This document shows, one piece after another, positions 44,926-53,947 of a stretch of 64,000 bases of DNA. A program made the position numbers and the translations under genes. The stretch is from Nitriliruptorales bacterium (GTDB lineage: Bacteria > Actinomycetota > Nitriliruptoria > Nitriliruptorales > Nitriliruptoraceae): assembly GCA_033722375.1 (NCBI GenBank), contig JAWVZB010000001.1, positions 5,175-69,174 on the forward strand, read 5' to 3'. The stretch's first letter is position 1. The number at the start of each line of letters is the position of its first letter. Below the pieces are notes generated by a model that saw only the letters and a program-made list of their open reading frames with translations, made no database searches and had not been told where the DNA came from.

Positions 44926-45801
44926 ATGCGCACCGTGCTGGCGTTCGCGCTGCTGCTCGTGACCGTGGCAGCCTGCACCGACGGAACGCCGCCGGCCGGC
45001 GAACCGACGTCGACACCTGCGACCGCCACCACCAGCGACCCCGACCCGAGGGAGCCCACCATCGAGTCGATCCGCTACGCCCCCGATCACCCGTCACAGT
45101 TCGGGCAGCTCTACCTGCCCGACGAGCCCCGATCGACGCTCGTGGTGCTGATCCACGGCGGCTTCTGGTACGCCCAGTACGGGCTCGAGAGCGTCCAACC
45201 GCTGGCTCGCGACCTGGCCGACGGCGGCTACCCCGTGTGGAGCATCGAGTACCGGCGCGTCGGCGAGCACGCCGGCGGGTGGCCGGGCACCTTCGAGGAC
45301 GTCGCGATGGCCATCGACCACGTCATCCAGCTGCCCGTGGCTCCGTCGCGCATCGTCGTCGTCGGGCACTCGGCCGGCGGGCACCTGGCCCTGTGGGCGG
45401 CAGCACGACAGCGCCTGCCGGACGGCCGGGTCGGGTCACAGCCGGCCGTCGTTCCCGACCAGGTCGTCGGTCTCGCTGCGGTGTCGGACCTCCGGTCGGC
45501 CGCTCGGCAGGGACTCGGGGCCGACGCCGTCGACAAGCTGTTGGGCGGGGCGCCGTCCGAGGTTCCCGAACGCGTCCGGGTCGCAGCGCCGATCGCGTCG
45601 CTGCCCCTGGGCGTGCCCCAGCTCCTGGTCCACGGCCGCCAGGATCGGCTGGTGCCCGTCGAGATGTCGGAGCAGTACGCCCAGCAGGCTCGCGCTGCCG
45701 GCGACCAGGTTCAGCTCGAGATCGTCGACGGCGGACACTTCGACATGATCGACCCCGACCACGCCGCCTGGGACACGGTGCTCGCCTTCCTCGAGGGGTG
45801 A
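44926..45801 (+). CDS. alpha/beta hydrolase (esterase-type) lipoprotein
   Basis: ATG at 44926 after AGGAG. Lipobox LLLVTVAAC. Oxyanion HGGFW. Nucleophile GHSAGGHLA. Confidence 0.75.
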   Translation: MRTVLAFALLLVTVAACTDGTPPAGEPTSTPATATTSDPDPREPTIESIRYAPDHPSQFGQLYLPDEPRSTLVVLIHGGFWYAQYGLESVQPLARDLADGGYPVWSIEYRRVGEHAGGWPGTFEDVAMAIDHVIQLPVAPSRIVVVGHSAGGHLALWAAARQRLPDGRVGSQPAVVPDQVVGLAAVSDLRSAARQGLGADAVDKLLGGAPSEVPERVRVAAPIASLPLGVPQLLVHGRQDRLVPVEMSEQYAQQARAAGDQVQLEIVDGGHFDMIDPDHAAWDTVLAFLEG

Positions 45802-45897
45802 CCGACTCCGAAACGGGGCGCTGTACCCGTGACCGCGGTGACGACTTGCCCTGGCGACGGTGGGCCACGACCCTCGGAAGAGAGCGAGGAGATCCCT

Positions 45898-47676
45898 GTG
45901 TGCGGATTCGTGGGCGAGCTCCGCCTGGACGGCGAGTCGCCCGATCTGGCCGCCGTCGCCCGCATGGCCGCGACGATGTCCGACCGCGGCCCCGATGGCG
46001 AAGGGGTGTGGTCGCAGGGGCCCGTGGCGTTCGCCCACCAGCGGCTCAAGATCATCGACCTGTCGGAGCACGGGTCCCAGCCGATGCACGACGCGGAGCT
46101 CGGGCTCACGATCGTGTTCAACGGCTGCATCTACAACTACCCCGAGCTCCGCGACGAGCTCCGCGCCGCCGGCTACCGCTTCTTCTCCACCTCGGACACC
46201 GAGGTCATCCTCAAGGCCTACCACGCCTGGGGGGACCGCTTCGTCGAGCGGCTCCAGGGCATGTTCGCCTTCGTGATCCACGAGCGGGATTCGGGACGTC
46301 TGTACGCCGCTCGTGACCGGTTCGGGATCAAGCCCCTCTACTACACCGAGGATCCCCACCGCATCCGCGTGGCGTCGACGCTCCCCGCGCTCCTGGCCGG
46401 GGGCGGGGTCGACACGTCGATCGATCCCGTCGCCCTCCACCACTACCTCACGTTCCATTCGGTCGTGCCGCCGCCGCACACGATCATCGAAGGCGTCAAG
46501 AAGGTCCCGCCGGCCACGATCGTCGTTCTCGAGCCGGACGGGGCGCGCTGGGCCGACGAGTTCTGGCGTCCCGACTTCACCCGCGATCCCGATCGCGCCG
46601 ACTGGACCGAGCGGGACTGGGAGGACGCGACGCTCGCGGCGCTGCGCAAGGCGGTGGAGTACCGCCTGGTCGCCGACGTGCCCGTGGGCGTGCTCCTGTC
46701 GGGCGGGCTCGACTCGAGCCTCGTCGTCGGTCTTCTGGCCGAGGCGGGCCAGAAGGGCCTCAACACGTTCTCCATCGGCTTCGAGGCCGCGGGGGGCGAG
46801 GAGGGCGACGAGTTCAAGTACTCCGACGTGATCGCGGAGCACTTCGACACCGACCACCACCAGATCCGGATCGGTACCGAGCGGATGTTGCCGGCGCTCG
46901 ACGACGCCATCCGCGCCATGAGCGAGCCGATGGTCAGCCACGACGTCGTCGCCTTCTACCTGCTGTCCCAGGAGGTCTCGAAGCACCTCAAGGTGGTCCA
47001 GTCGGGCCAGGGCGCGGACGAGGTCTTCGCCGGCTACCACTGGTACCCGCCGATGCGTCAGGCGGAGGGGTTGGGCGTGGACGTGTACGCGCAGGCGTTC
47101 TTCGACCGCACTCACGCCGAGATGGCGCAGGTCGTCCAGCCGGAACACCTGATCGACGAGGACGTGTCTCGCGACTTCGTCAGGTTCCACTTCGGGCAGC
47201 CCGGCGCCGAGACCGCGGTCGACCGGGCCCTCCGGCTCGATGCCCAGATCATGCTCGTGGACGACCCCGTCAAACGCGTCGACAACATGACGATGGCGTG
47301 GGGGCTCGAGGCCCGCGTGCCCTTCCTCGACCACGAGGTGCTCGAGGTCGCGGCCCGCATCCCCCCCGAGCTCAAGCTGGCCCAGGACGGCAAGGGGGTC
47401 TTGAAGGAGGCCGCCCGACGCGTCATCCCCTCCGAGGTCATCGACCGCCCCAAGGGCTACTTCCCGGTACCGGCGCTCAAGCACATCGAGGGCAGCTACC
47501 TCGAGCTGATCCGCAGCGCGTTGAAGTCCGACGCCGCCCGGCAGCGTGGACTGTTCCGCGCGGACTACGTCGATCAGCTCCTCGCCGCCCCCAACGAGGA
47601 GCTCACGCCGCTGCGTGGCAACAAGCTCTGGCAGCTCGGTCTCCTCGAGCTGTGGCTCCAGGCACACGGCGTCTGA
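45898..47676 (+). CDS. asnO: asparagine-synthase-family glutamine amidotransferase (NAGGN system AsnO-like)
   Basis: GTG-TGC start (N-terminal nucleophile Cys) with GAGGAG 6 nt upstream. Contains RGPDGEG, RLKIIDL and SGGLDSS (PP-loop). It is followed 1 nt later by the Ngg-type gene. Confidence 0.85.
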   Translation: MCGFVGELRLDGESPDLAAVARMAATMSDRGPDGEGVWSQGPVAFAHQRLKIIDLSEHGSQPMHDAELGLTIVFNGCIYNYPELRDELRAAGYRFFSTSDTEVILKAYHAWGDRFVERLQGMFAFVIHERDSGRLYAARDRFGIKPLYYTEDPHRIRVASTLPALLAGGGVDTSIDPVALHHYLTFHSVVPPPHTIIEGVKKVPPATIVVLEPDGARWADEFWRPDFTRDPDRADWTERDWEDATLAALRKAVEYRLVADVPVGVLLSGGLDSSLVVGLLAEAGQKGLNTFSIGFEAAGGEEGDEFKYSDVIAEHFDTDHHQIRIGTERMLPALDDAIRAMSEPMVSHDVVAFYLLSQEVSKHLKVVQSGQGADEVFAGYHWYPPMRQAEGLGVDVYAQAFFDRTHAEMAQVVQPEHLIDEDVSRDFVRFHFGQPGAETAVDRALRLDAQIMLVDDPVKRVDNMTMAWGLEARVPFLDHEVLEVAARIPPELKLAQDGKGVLKEAARRVIPSEVIDRPKGYFPVPALKHIEGSYLELIRSALKSDAARQRGLFRADYVDQLLAAPNEELTPLRGNKLWQLGLLELWLQAHGV

Positions 47677-47677
47677 C

Positions 47678-49510
47678 ATGGCCGACAAGAAGCCGACCCG
47701 CCGCGACCCCCGCACCACCCGCGGCGCCGCACGCCAAGCCGGCAAGCCGACCGCCGAGGAGGCGCTGTCGACCCGGAGTTGGACCGACCGCCCCGAGCAC
47801 CTCACCGGGGACCTCGACCCCGAGGTCGTGCTCGAGTGCGGCTGGGGTCGGCTCATCTTCGGGCAGACCTTCGCGGACCTCGAGCAGCTCACCGACGTGC
47901 TCGGCGACGAGGAGCCGGGCCGGCGCGACATCTGCCTCTACGTGCGCGAGCCCCACGTGCTCGTCAGCATGGCTCCGCAGGAGCTGTTCATCGATCCGTC
48001 GCACACCTACCGGCTGTGGCTGCATCACTACCGCCCCCGCCAGGACCCGATCCGAGGCGTCACCGTTCGTGAGCTGCGTGACGAATCGGACGCGGACGAG
48101 GTCAACCGCATCTACACGTCGGCCGGGATGGTGGTCGCCCCGACCGACGTGATGTGGGACAACCAGCGCACCCGGACCTTCGTCTACCTCGTCGCCACGG
48201 ACGAGGACGGCGACGTCGTGGGCACCATCACCGGCGTCGACCACGCCGAGGCCTTCAACGACCCCGAGGACGGTTCGTCGCTGTGGTGTCTCGCGGTGGA
48301 TCCGCAGACGACGCTGCCGTCGGTGGGCGAGGCGCTCGTGCGCACGCTGGCCGAGCGGATGAAGGCGCGGGGGCGCGCGTACCTCGACCTGTCGGTCATG
48401 CACGACAACACCCCGGCCATCGGGCTGTACGAGAAGCTCGGCTTCCAGCGGGTCCCGGTGTTCTGCGTCAAGCGCAAGAACCCCATCAACGAGCAGCTGT
48501 TCAGCCCGCCGTCCGCGGGCGGCATCGAGGATCTCAACCCCTACGCCCGCGTCATCGTCGACGAGGCCCTGCGTCGTGGCATCGCGGTCGACGTCGTGGA
48601 TGCGGCCGCCGGTTTCCTCAAGCTGTCGCACGGTGGGCGGGAGGTGCTGACCCGCGAATCCCTGTCCGAGCTCACGACCGCCGTCGCGATGTCGATGTGT
48701 GACGACAAGCGGGTGACCCGCCGCATCCTCGCCGATACCGGCCTGCGGGTGCCACGCGGGCGATCCGCCAGCTTCGACGCCGACGATCGTGGTTTCCTGG
48801 ACGAGGTCGGTGAGCTCGTGGTGAAACCCGCCCGAGGGGAGCAGGGGCAGGGGATCACCGTCGGCGTGCGCAAGCCCGAGGAGCTCGAGGACGCGATCGA
48901 CCTGGCCAGGAGCTTCTGTCCGGACGTGCTGCTCGAGGAACACGTCGACGGAGACGACCTGCGCATCGTCGTGATCGACCACGAGGTGGTGGCCGCGGCC
49001 GTTCGCCGCCCCGCCCGTGTGGTCGGCACCGGGGACCGCTCGATCGAGCGCCTGATCCGCTCGCTCAGCCGACGCCGGGCCGCGGCCACCGACGGGGAAG
49101 CAGCCATCCCCATGGACGATCTCACCGAGGCCGCGGTGTCTGATGCGGGTTTCGACCTCGACGACGTGCTGCCGGAAGGCGAGGAGGTGGAGGTGCGCAA
49201 GACCGCCAACCTCCACACCGGAGGGACCATCCACGACGTGACCGAGGATCTGCATCCAGAGCTGGCCGAGGCCGCACGGACCGCCAGCCGGGCGCTCGAC
49301 ATCCCGGTCGTCGGGCTCGACCTCATCGTGCCGGAGGTCGACGGGACCGACTACGTCATGATCGAGGCCAACGAACGGCCCGGTCTCGCCAACCACGAGC
49401 CGCAGCCCACCGCGGAACGCTTCATCGATCTCCTGTTCCCGTCGACGCAGGCGTTGCCCACCGGCTGGGATCCCGCACAGTCGGGGCGAGGTCGCGACCA
49501 CAAGCTCTGA
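47678..49510 (+). CDS. ngg: N-acetylglutaminylglutamine synthetase-like bifunctional protein (GNAT acetyltransferase plus RimK-type ATP-grasp)
   Basis: GNAT block (LWCLAVDP..GEALVRTLAERMKARG..LYEKLGFQRV) followed by an ATP-grasp block (VVKPARGEQGQGITV, EANERPGL). It sits between the amidotransferase and the M42 peptidase. Confidence 0.8.
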   Translation: MADKKPTRRDPRTTRGAARQAGKPTAEEALSTRSWTDRPEHLTGDLDPEVVLECGWGRLIFGQTFADLEQLTDVLGDEEPGRRDICLYVREPHVLVSMAPQELFIDPSHTYRLWLHHYRPRQDPIRGVTVRELRDESDADEVNRIYTSAGMVVAPTDVMWDNQRTRTFVYLVATDEDGDVVGTITGVDHAEAFNDPEDGSSLWCLAVDPQTTLPSVGEALVRTLAERMKARGRAYLDLSVMHDNTPAIGLYEKLGFQRVPVFCVKRKNPINEQLFSPPSAGGIEDLNPYARVIVDEALRRGIAVDVVDAAAGFLKLSHGGREVLTRESLSELTTAVAMSMCDDKRVTRRILADTGLRVPRGRSASFDADDRGFLDEVGELVVKPARGEQGQGITVGVRKPEELEDAIDLARSFCPDVLLEEHVDGDDLRIVVIDHEVVAAAVRRPARVVGTGDRSIERLIRSLSRRRAAATDGEAAIPMDDLTEAAVSDAGFDLDDVLPEGEEVEVRKTANLHTGGTIHDVTEDLHPELAEAARTASRALDIPVVGLDLIVPEVDGTDYVMIEANERPGLANHEPQPTAERFIDLLFPSTQALPTGWDPAQSGRGRDHKL

Positions 49511-49529
49511 CGTCGCTACCGTCGCAGCC

Positions 49530-50699
49530 ATGGATGCGAAGAAGCTCGAGATCGACCTCGACTACCTGCGCGAGGTCCTCGTCGCGATGCTGCGCATCCC
49601 GAGCCCGACGGGGCGCACCGACGAGATCATGCAGTACGTGGGCGAACGGGTGGACGAGCTCGGCCTGGACTTCGAGCTGACCCGGCGGGGCGCGATGCTG
49701 GCGTCTCTGGAGGGGCGTCAGAACAGCCCTGACCGCGCGGTGATGGTCCACACGGACACGATCGGCTGCATGGTCCGCGAGCTGAAGGACAACGGGCGGC
49801 TCGCGGTGGTTCCGGTCGGAACCCACAGCGCCCGCTTCGCCGAGGGCAACCGTGTCACGCTCTTCACCGACGACGCCGATCTCGTCTTCACCGGCACCAT
49901 CCTCCCCTTGAAGGCCAGCGGCCACGCGTTCGACCACGAGGTCGATGAGCAGCCGGTCGCCTGGACCCAGGTCGAGGTTCGTATCGATGAGCCCGTCCGC
50001 TCCCGTGCCGACCTCGAGGAGCTCGGGATCCGCGTCGGGGATTTCGTGGCCATCCAGGCGCTGCCCGAGATCACCCAGAACGGGTTCGTCAAGTCCCGCC
50101 ACCTCGATGACAAGGCAGGCGTCGCGGCGGTCCTTGCGGCTTTCAAGGCCCTGATCGACCACGAGGTGGAGCTCGAGGTCGGGGTGCACCTGCTCGTCAC
50201 GATCTCGGAGGAGGTTGGCACCGGCGCGAGCCACGGGCTCAGCAAGGACGTCGCCGAGATGGTCTCGATCGACTCGGCGGTGGTCGCGCCGGGGCAGTCG
50301 TCCCGAGAGGACGCGGTCACCGTGGCCATGCAGGACCTCCACGGGCCGTTCGACTACCACCTGACCCGCAAGCTCCTGCGTCTCGCCAGCGCCTATGACA
50401 TCCCCCACGAGCGAGACGTGTTCATCCACTACCGCTCAGATGTCGCGGCCGCGCTCGAGGCCGGTGCCGAGACCAGGGCGGCGCTCATCGGTCCCGGGAC
50501 CGATGCGACCCACGGGTTCGAGCGAACGCACCTCGAGGCGTTGCGCGCGACGGCCGAGCTCGTGTGTGTCTACCTCCAGACCGACTTCACGTTCGGGACC
50601 TGGGACGCGCAGCGGCGTGGTCCGCTGAAGGACTTCCCGTCGTCGTCGGTCCAGCCGGCACGGCGCGATCCGAGCATCCAGGACACCCCCGACGACTGA
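49530..50699 (+). CDS. M42-family metallopeptidase (third member of the NAGGN trio)
   Basis: Contains MVHTDTIG, SRHLDDKAG and ISEEVG, which are typical M42/FrvX metal-binding blocks. Confidence 0.85.
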   Translation: MDAKKLEIDLDYLREVLVAMLRIPSPTGRTDEIMQYVGERVDELGLDFELTRRGAMLASLEGRQNSPDRAVMVHTDTIGCMVRELKDNGRLAVVPVGTHSARFAEGNRVTLFTDDADLVFTGTILPLKASGHAFDHEVDEQPVAWTQVEVRIDEPVRSRADLEELGIRVGDFVAIQALPEITQNGFVKSRHLDDKAGVAAVLAAFKALIDHEVELEVGVHLLVTISEEVGTGASHGLSKDVAEMVSIDSAVVAPGQSSREDAVTVAMQDLHGPFDYHLTRKLLRLASAYDIPHERDVFIHYRSDVAAALEAGAETRAALIGPGTDATHGFERTHLEALRATAELVCVYLQTDFTFGTWDAQRRGPLKDFPSSSVQPARRDPSIQDTPDD

Positions 50700-50758
50700 T
50701 CGTCGCTCACCGACCCGGCACGAGTACGGTCGACCGCGACGCTGTCCAGGAGGATGCC

Positions 50759-51703
50759 GTGGAGTTCGCGCTGATGATCGAGGGGCAGGAGGGGGTGTCG
50801 TGGTCCGACTGGACCGCGCTCGCCGACGCCGTCGAGGCCAACGGATTCGATGCGCTGTTCCGCTCCGACCACTACGTCGGCCTGATGGGTGACGAGACCC
50901 GGGGCTCGCTGGACGCTTGGGCGACTCTCAACGCGCTCGCTGCGGTGACGGACCGGATCCGGCTCGGCACGCTCGTGTCCCCGGTGACGTTCCGCCACCC
51001 TTCACTGCTGTTCAAGAACGCCGTCACGGCCGACCACGTGTCCGGGGGACGCATCGAGGTGGGCATGGGCGCGGGCTGGAACGAGCGCGAACACGAGGCC
51101 TACGGCTTCGACTTCCCGGAGACGGACGAACGCTACGACCTGTTCGAGGAGTCGGTCGAGATCGTCCGGCGCCTTCTGACCGAGGAAGAGGTCAGCCACG
51201 ACGGTCCGCGGTTCACCCTCTCGGAGGTCAAGCCGTTGCCGCGCCCCGTCCAGGACCCGCCTCCGCTCGTCATCGGTGGGAGCGGTGGCCCGCGATCGCT
51301 GTCGATCGCGGCCCGGTTCGCCGACGAGTACAACACGCTCGGGGCGAGCCTCGACGACGTCCGGGACCGGCGGGGGAGGTTCGTCGATGCGTGGGAGGAG
51401 GCGGGGCGCGACGGCCATCCGCGGTTCTCGGTCATGGTTCCCGTCCTCGTCGGCGGCTCGGACGACGAGGTACGCGCTCGTGCCGAGGTCTTGCTGGACC
51501 GCCTCGGGCGCGACGCCGATGCGGGTGAGTTCATCGAGGAGCGCCGCGACAAGTGGGCGCTCGGAACTCCCCAGCAGGTGGCCGACACGATCGGTCAGCT
51601 CGGTGACGCCGGGGTGGACCGCGTCATGCTCCAGCACCTGGTCCACACCGACCTCGACAGCGTGTCCCTGATCGGAGAAGAGGTCATCCCGGCGGTCGGC
51701 TGA
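50759..51703 (+). CDS. LLM-class (luciferase-like) flavin/F420-dependent oxidoreductase
   Basis: GTG at 50759 after AGGAGG. Contains FDALFRSDHY, LGTLVSPVTFRHP and GGRIEVGMGAGW. Confidence 0.85.
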   Translation: MEFALMIEGQEGVSWSDWTALADAVEANGFDALFRSDHYVGLMGDETRGSLDAWATLNALAAVTDRIRLGTLVSPVTFRHPSLLFKNAVTADHVSGGRIEVGMGAGWNEREHEAYGFDFPETDERYDLFEESVEIVRRLLTEEEVSHDGPRFTLSEVKPLPRPVQDPPPLVIGGSGGPRSLSIAARFADEYNTLGASLDDVRDRRGRFVDAWEEAGRDGHPRFSVMVPVLVGGSDDEVRARAEVLLDRLGRDADAGEFIEERRDKWALGTPQQVADTIGQLGDAGVDRVMLQHLVHTDLDSVSLIGEEVIPAVG

Positions 51704-51731
51704 CCATCGGGATGACCTGCCCCCCTGCCGC

Positions 51732-53324
51732 TCAGCCGGTGACGACGACCTTGGCGCGCATCCACGGGTGTGGACTGCACAGGTACTCGTACTCACCGGG
51801 CTCGGTGAACGTGTACGAGAACGTCTCGTGGTCGCCGAGCAGGCCGGAGTCGAACGACCCGTCGACCGCGGTGACGGAGTGCATGATCCCGTGGTCGTGG
51901 TTCGTCCACGTCACCGTCGTGCCGACCTCGACCTCGAGCACGTTGGTCGAGTAGTCGGCAGGGCTCTCGTCGAGCGCGAACTCGTCGTCGGCCCCCTCCT
52001 CCTGGAACTCCATGGAGCCCTGGAGGATCGACACCTGGGCGGTGGGGCCATCGCCAGCTGCTTCGTCACCACCGCTGTCCGGAGCCTGTGCCTCCTCGGG
52101 GCGCGTGATCTCGCCGGGTTCGACCTGCTCGAAGATCTCGGGATCCTCGGCACCGGTGATGACGATGTGGCCCGCGGCGCCCTTGTCGAAGGTGCGGGTC
52201 AGGGCGTGGTCCACGAGCACGATCGTCTGTGGCACCTGCCCGACCAGTTCCACCACGGTGCCGCCACCGGCTGGTACGAGCGTGGTCTGTGAGCCGCGGA
52301 TCGGGTCGTTCAGCAGCGCCGCCTCCTGGTAGACCACGTCCCAGTGGGAGCCGATCGGGTGGAAGCTCGACAGCAGGTTCAGCCCCGCGTTGATGAAGTA
52401 GATCCGGGCGCGCTCGCCCACCTCCATCTCGAGGGCGTTGTCGCCGGCGATCGCGCCGACGGCGCCGTTGAACACGACGTGGGTGGGCAGCTCGTCGGTG
52501 AGTGCTGCCCGGTCAAGTGGCTTGACGTCGGCGTCGCTGTCCGCGAGGTAGTACTCGGACTGCACGACGTACCACTCCCTGTGGACCTCGGGGAGTGGGG
52601 TCGCCGGGTCGACGAGGATCCCGCCGTACATCCCGTGCGAGATGTGCGACGGCACGTCGCCGTAGGCGCAGTGGTACATGAAGAAGCCGGGGTAGAGCAG
52701 CCGGGCCTCGATGGTGCGGGTCTCGCCCGGGGCCACCGTGGTGTCCGCTGCGCCGCCGCCCTGGCCGGTCACGGCGTGGAAGTCCACGTTGTGGGGGTGC
52801 TCGTTGCCGGCGGGGTTGTGGATCGTGAACCGCAGCACGTCCCCCACCCGGGCACGGATCACCGGCCCGGGGGTGCCGACCACGAGCGTTTCTGGCCCGT
52901 CGGTGAGCCGGTAGCCCCACGTCTCGGTCTGCGTGCCGGCTCCCGGGTCGATCGTCGAGACGTTCTCGACCACCTCGAAGCTCACGTCGACGATGGCGGG
53001 GGTGGTGCGGTCAGCGGCTGGGGGCATCTCTGGCGCCACGGCGACGTTGATCTCGTCCGCTGGTGCCGGTGCCAGCGAGGACTTCGGCACCAGCTCGGGC
53101 AGCACGTCCTGGCCGGCGGCGAGCGGGTTCACCTGGTCGGTCGATGGAGCTGTGGGTGCCGGATCGGCCGCGGCCGGCTCGGGGACCGGCACCGGATCCG
53201 AGCCTCCGCTCACGAGCAGCGCCGCCGCCACGCTGAGTGTCACGGCCGCCACGAGGAGGGAGACCGCCCGTCCCGTCCCCAGGCCCTCTTGTTGGTGGGT
53301 TCGTTCGTCCGTGCGCATCAGCAT
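51732..53324 (-). CDS. nirK: copper-containing nitrite reductase (NirK) with fused C-terminal cupredoxin domain
   Basis: ATG at 53324 with GAGGAG 6 nt upstream. T1/T2 Cu ligand blocks HNVDFHA, MYHCAYGDVPSHISHGMYG and SFHPIGSHWD. The C-terminal roughly 100 aa has VTWTNHD..MHSV ... YEYLCSPHPWM (type-1 Cu H/C/H/M pattern). Confidence 0.85.
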   Translation of the reverse strand: MLMRTDERTHQQEGLGTGRAVSLLVAAVTLSVAAALLVSGGSDPVPVPEPAAADPAPTAPSTDQVNPLAAGQDVLPELVPKSSLAPAPADEINVAVAPEMPPAADRTTPAIVDVSFEVVENVSTIDPGAGTQTETWGYRLTDGPETLVVGTPGPVIRARVGDVLRFTIHNPAGNEHPHNVDFHAVTGQGGGAADTTVAPGETRTIEARLLYPGFFMYHCAYGDVPSHISHGMYGGILVDPATPLPEVHREWYVVQSEYYLADSDADVKPLDRAALTDELPTHVVFNGAVGAIAGDNALEMEVGERARIYFINAGLNLLSSFHPIGSHWDVVYQEAALLNDPIRGSQTTLVPAGGGTVVELVGQVPQTIVLVDHALTRTFDKGAAGHIVITGAEDPEIFEQVEPGEITRPEEAQAPDSGGDEAAGDGPTAQVSILQGSMEFQEEGADDEFALDESPADYSTNVLEVEVGTTVTWTNHDHGIMHSVTAVDGSFDSGLLGDHETFSYTFTEPGEYEYLCSPHPWMRAKVVVTG

Positions 53325-53339
53325 GGCTCGCTCCTCACC

Positions 53340-53351
53340 GATCAACGTTGA
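53340..53351. promoter_or_regulatory. palindromic motif GATCAACGTTGA directly upstream of the nirK ribosome-binding site (candidate Rrf2 operator half)
   Basis: TCAACGTTGA is a perfect 10-bp palindrome lying 3 nt from the nirK SD. An inverted copy lies at 53496-53506. Confidence 0.35.
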
Positions 53352-53495
53352 CTGCAGCACTCATACATCTGCAGGCTCCGCCTTCGGACCGGTTCGGCGA
53401 CAGGGGCCCTTGGCACTCGAGCGTGGGCCGAAGGTCCCGAGCGGAGGGGCACTTCGTGTCTTCCTCGCTCGGCTCTGCGACCGGACCATGCATCG

Positions 53496-53506
53496 CAACG
53501 TTGATC
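53496..53506. promoter_or_regulatory. second copy (CAACGTTGATC) directly upstream of the Rrf2-gene ribosome-binding site
   Basis: Reverse complement of 53340-53350. It lies 2 nt before GGAGG (53509-53513) and 16 nt before the GTG at 53522. Confidence 0.35.
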
Positions 53507-53521
53507 ACGGAGGTCCACGAC

Positions 53522-53947
53522 GTGCAGCTCGAGCTCGGCAAGCGCGCCGACTACGCCATCCGGGTCATCCTGGACCTGGCCCGCCATACGGAACAGCGGA
53601 AGTCACGCGAGATCGCCCAGGAGATGGACATCCCGCGCTCCTACCTGCCGCGAATCCTCGCGATGCTGGTCGACGCCGGCCTCGTGGTGTCCCGCGCCGG
53701 GCCCGCCGGTGGTTACCGGCTCGCCGGTTCGCCGGCGACCATCTCGCTGCTCACGGTGGTGGAGGCGGCCGAGGGGCCGTTGCGCTCGACCGAGTGCGTA
53801 CTGCGCGGAGGTGCGTGCCGGTGGAACGGTACGTGCGTCGTGCATGCCCCGTGGACGGAGGCGCAGGAGGCATTGCGTGAGCGGCTCGCGGCGACGAGCT
53901 TCGCCGATCTCGCCGCCCTCGGAACCACCGCAGAGGTGAGCGCGTGA
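53522..53947 (+). CDS. Rrf2-family transcriptional regulator (NsrR/IscR-like, three-Cys cluster motif)
   Basis: GTG at 53522 after GGAGG. Contains KRADYAIRVILDLAR and an HTH (SREIAQEMDIPRSYLPRILAMLVDAGLV). Cys pattern is C-x6-C-x5-C (CVLRGGACRWNGTC). Confidence 0.85.
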   Translation: MQLELGKRADYAIRVILDLARHTEQRKSREIAQEMDIPRSYLPRILAMLVDAGLVVSRAGPAGGYRLAGSPATISLLTVVEAAEGPLRSTECVLRGGACRWNGTCVVHAPWTEAQEALRERLAATSFADLAALGTTAEVSA

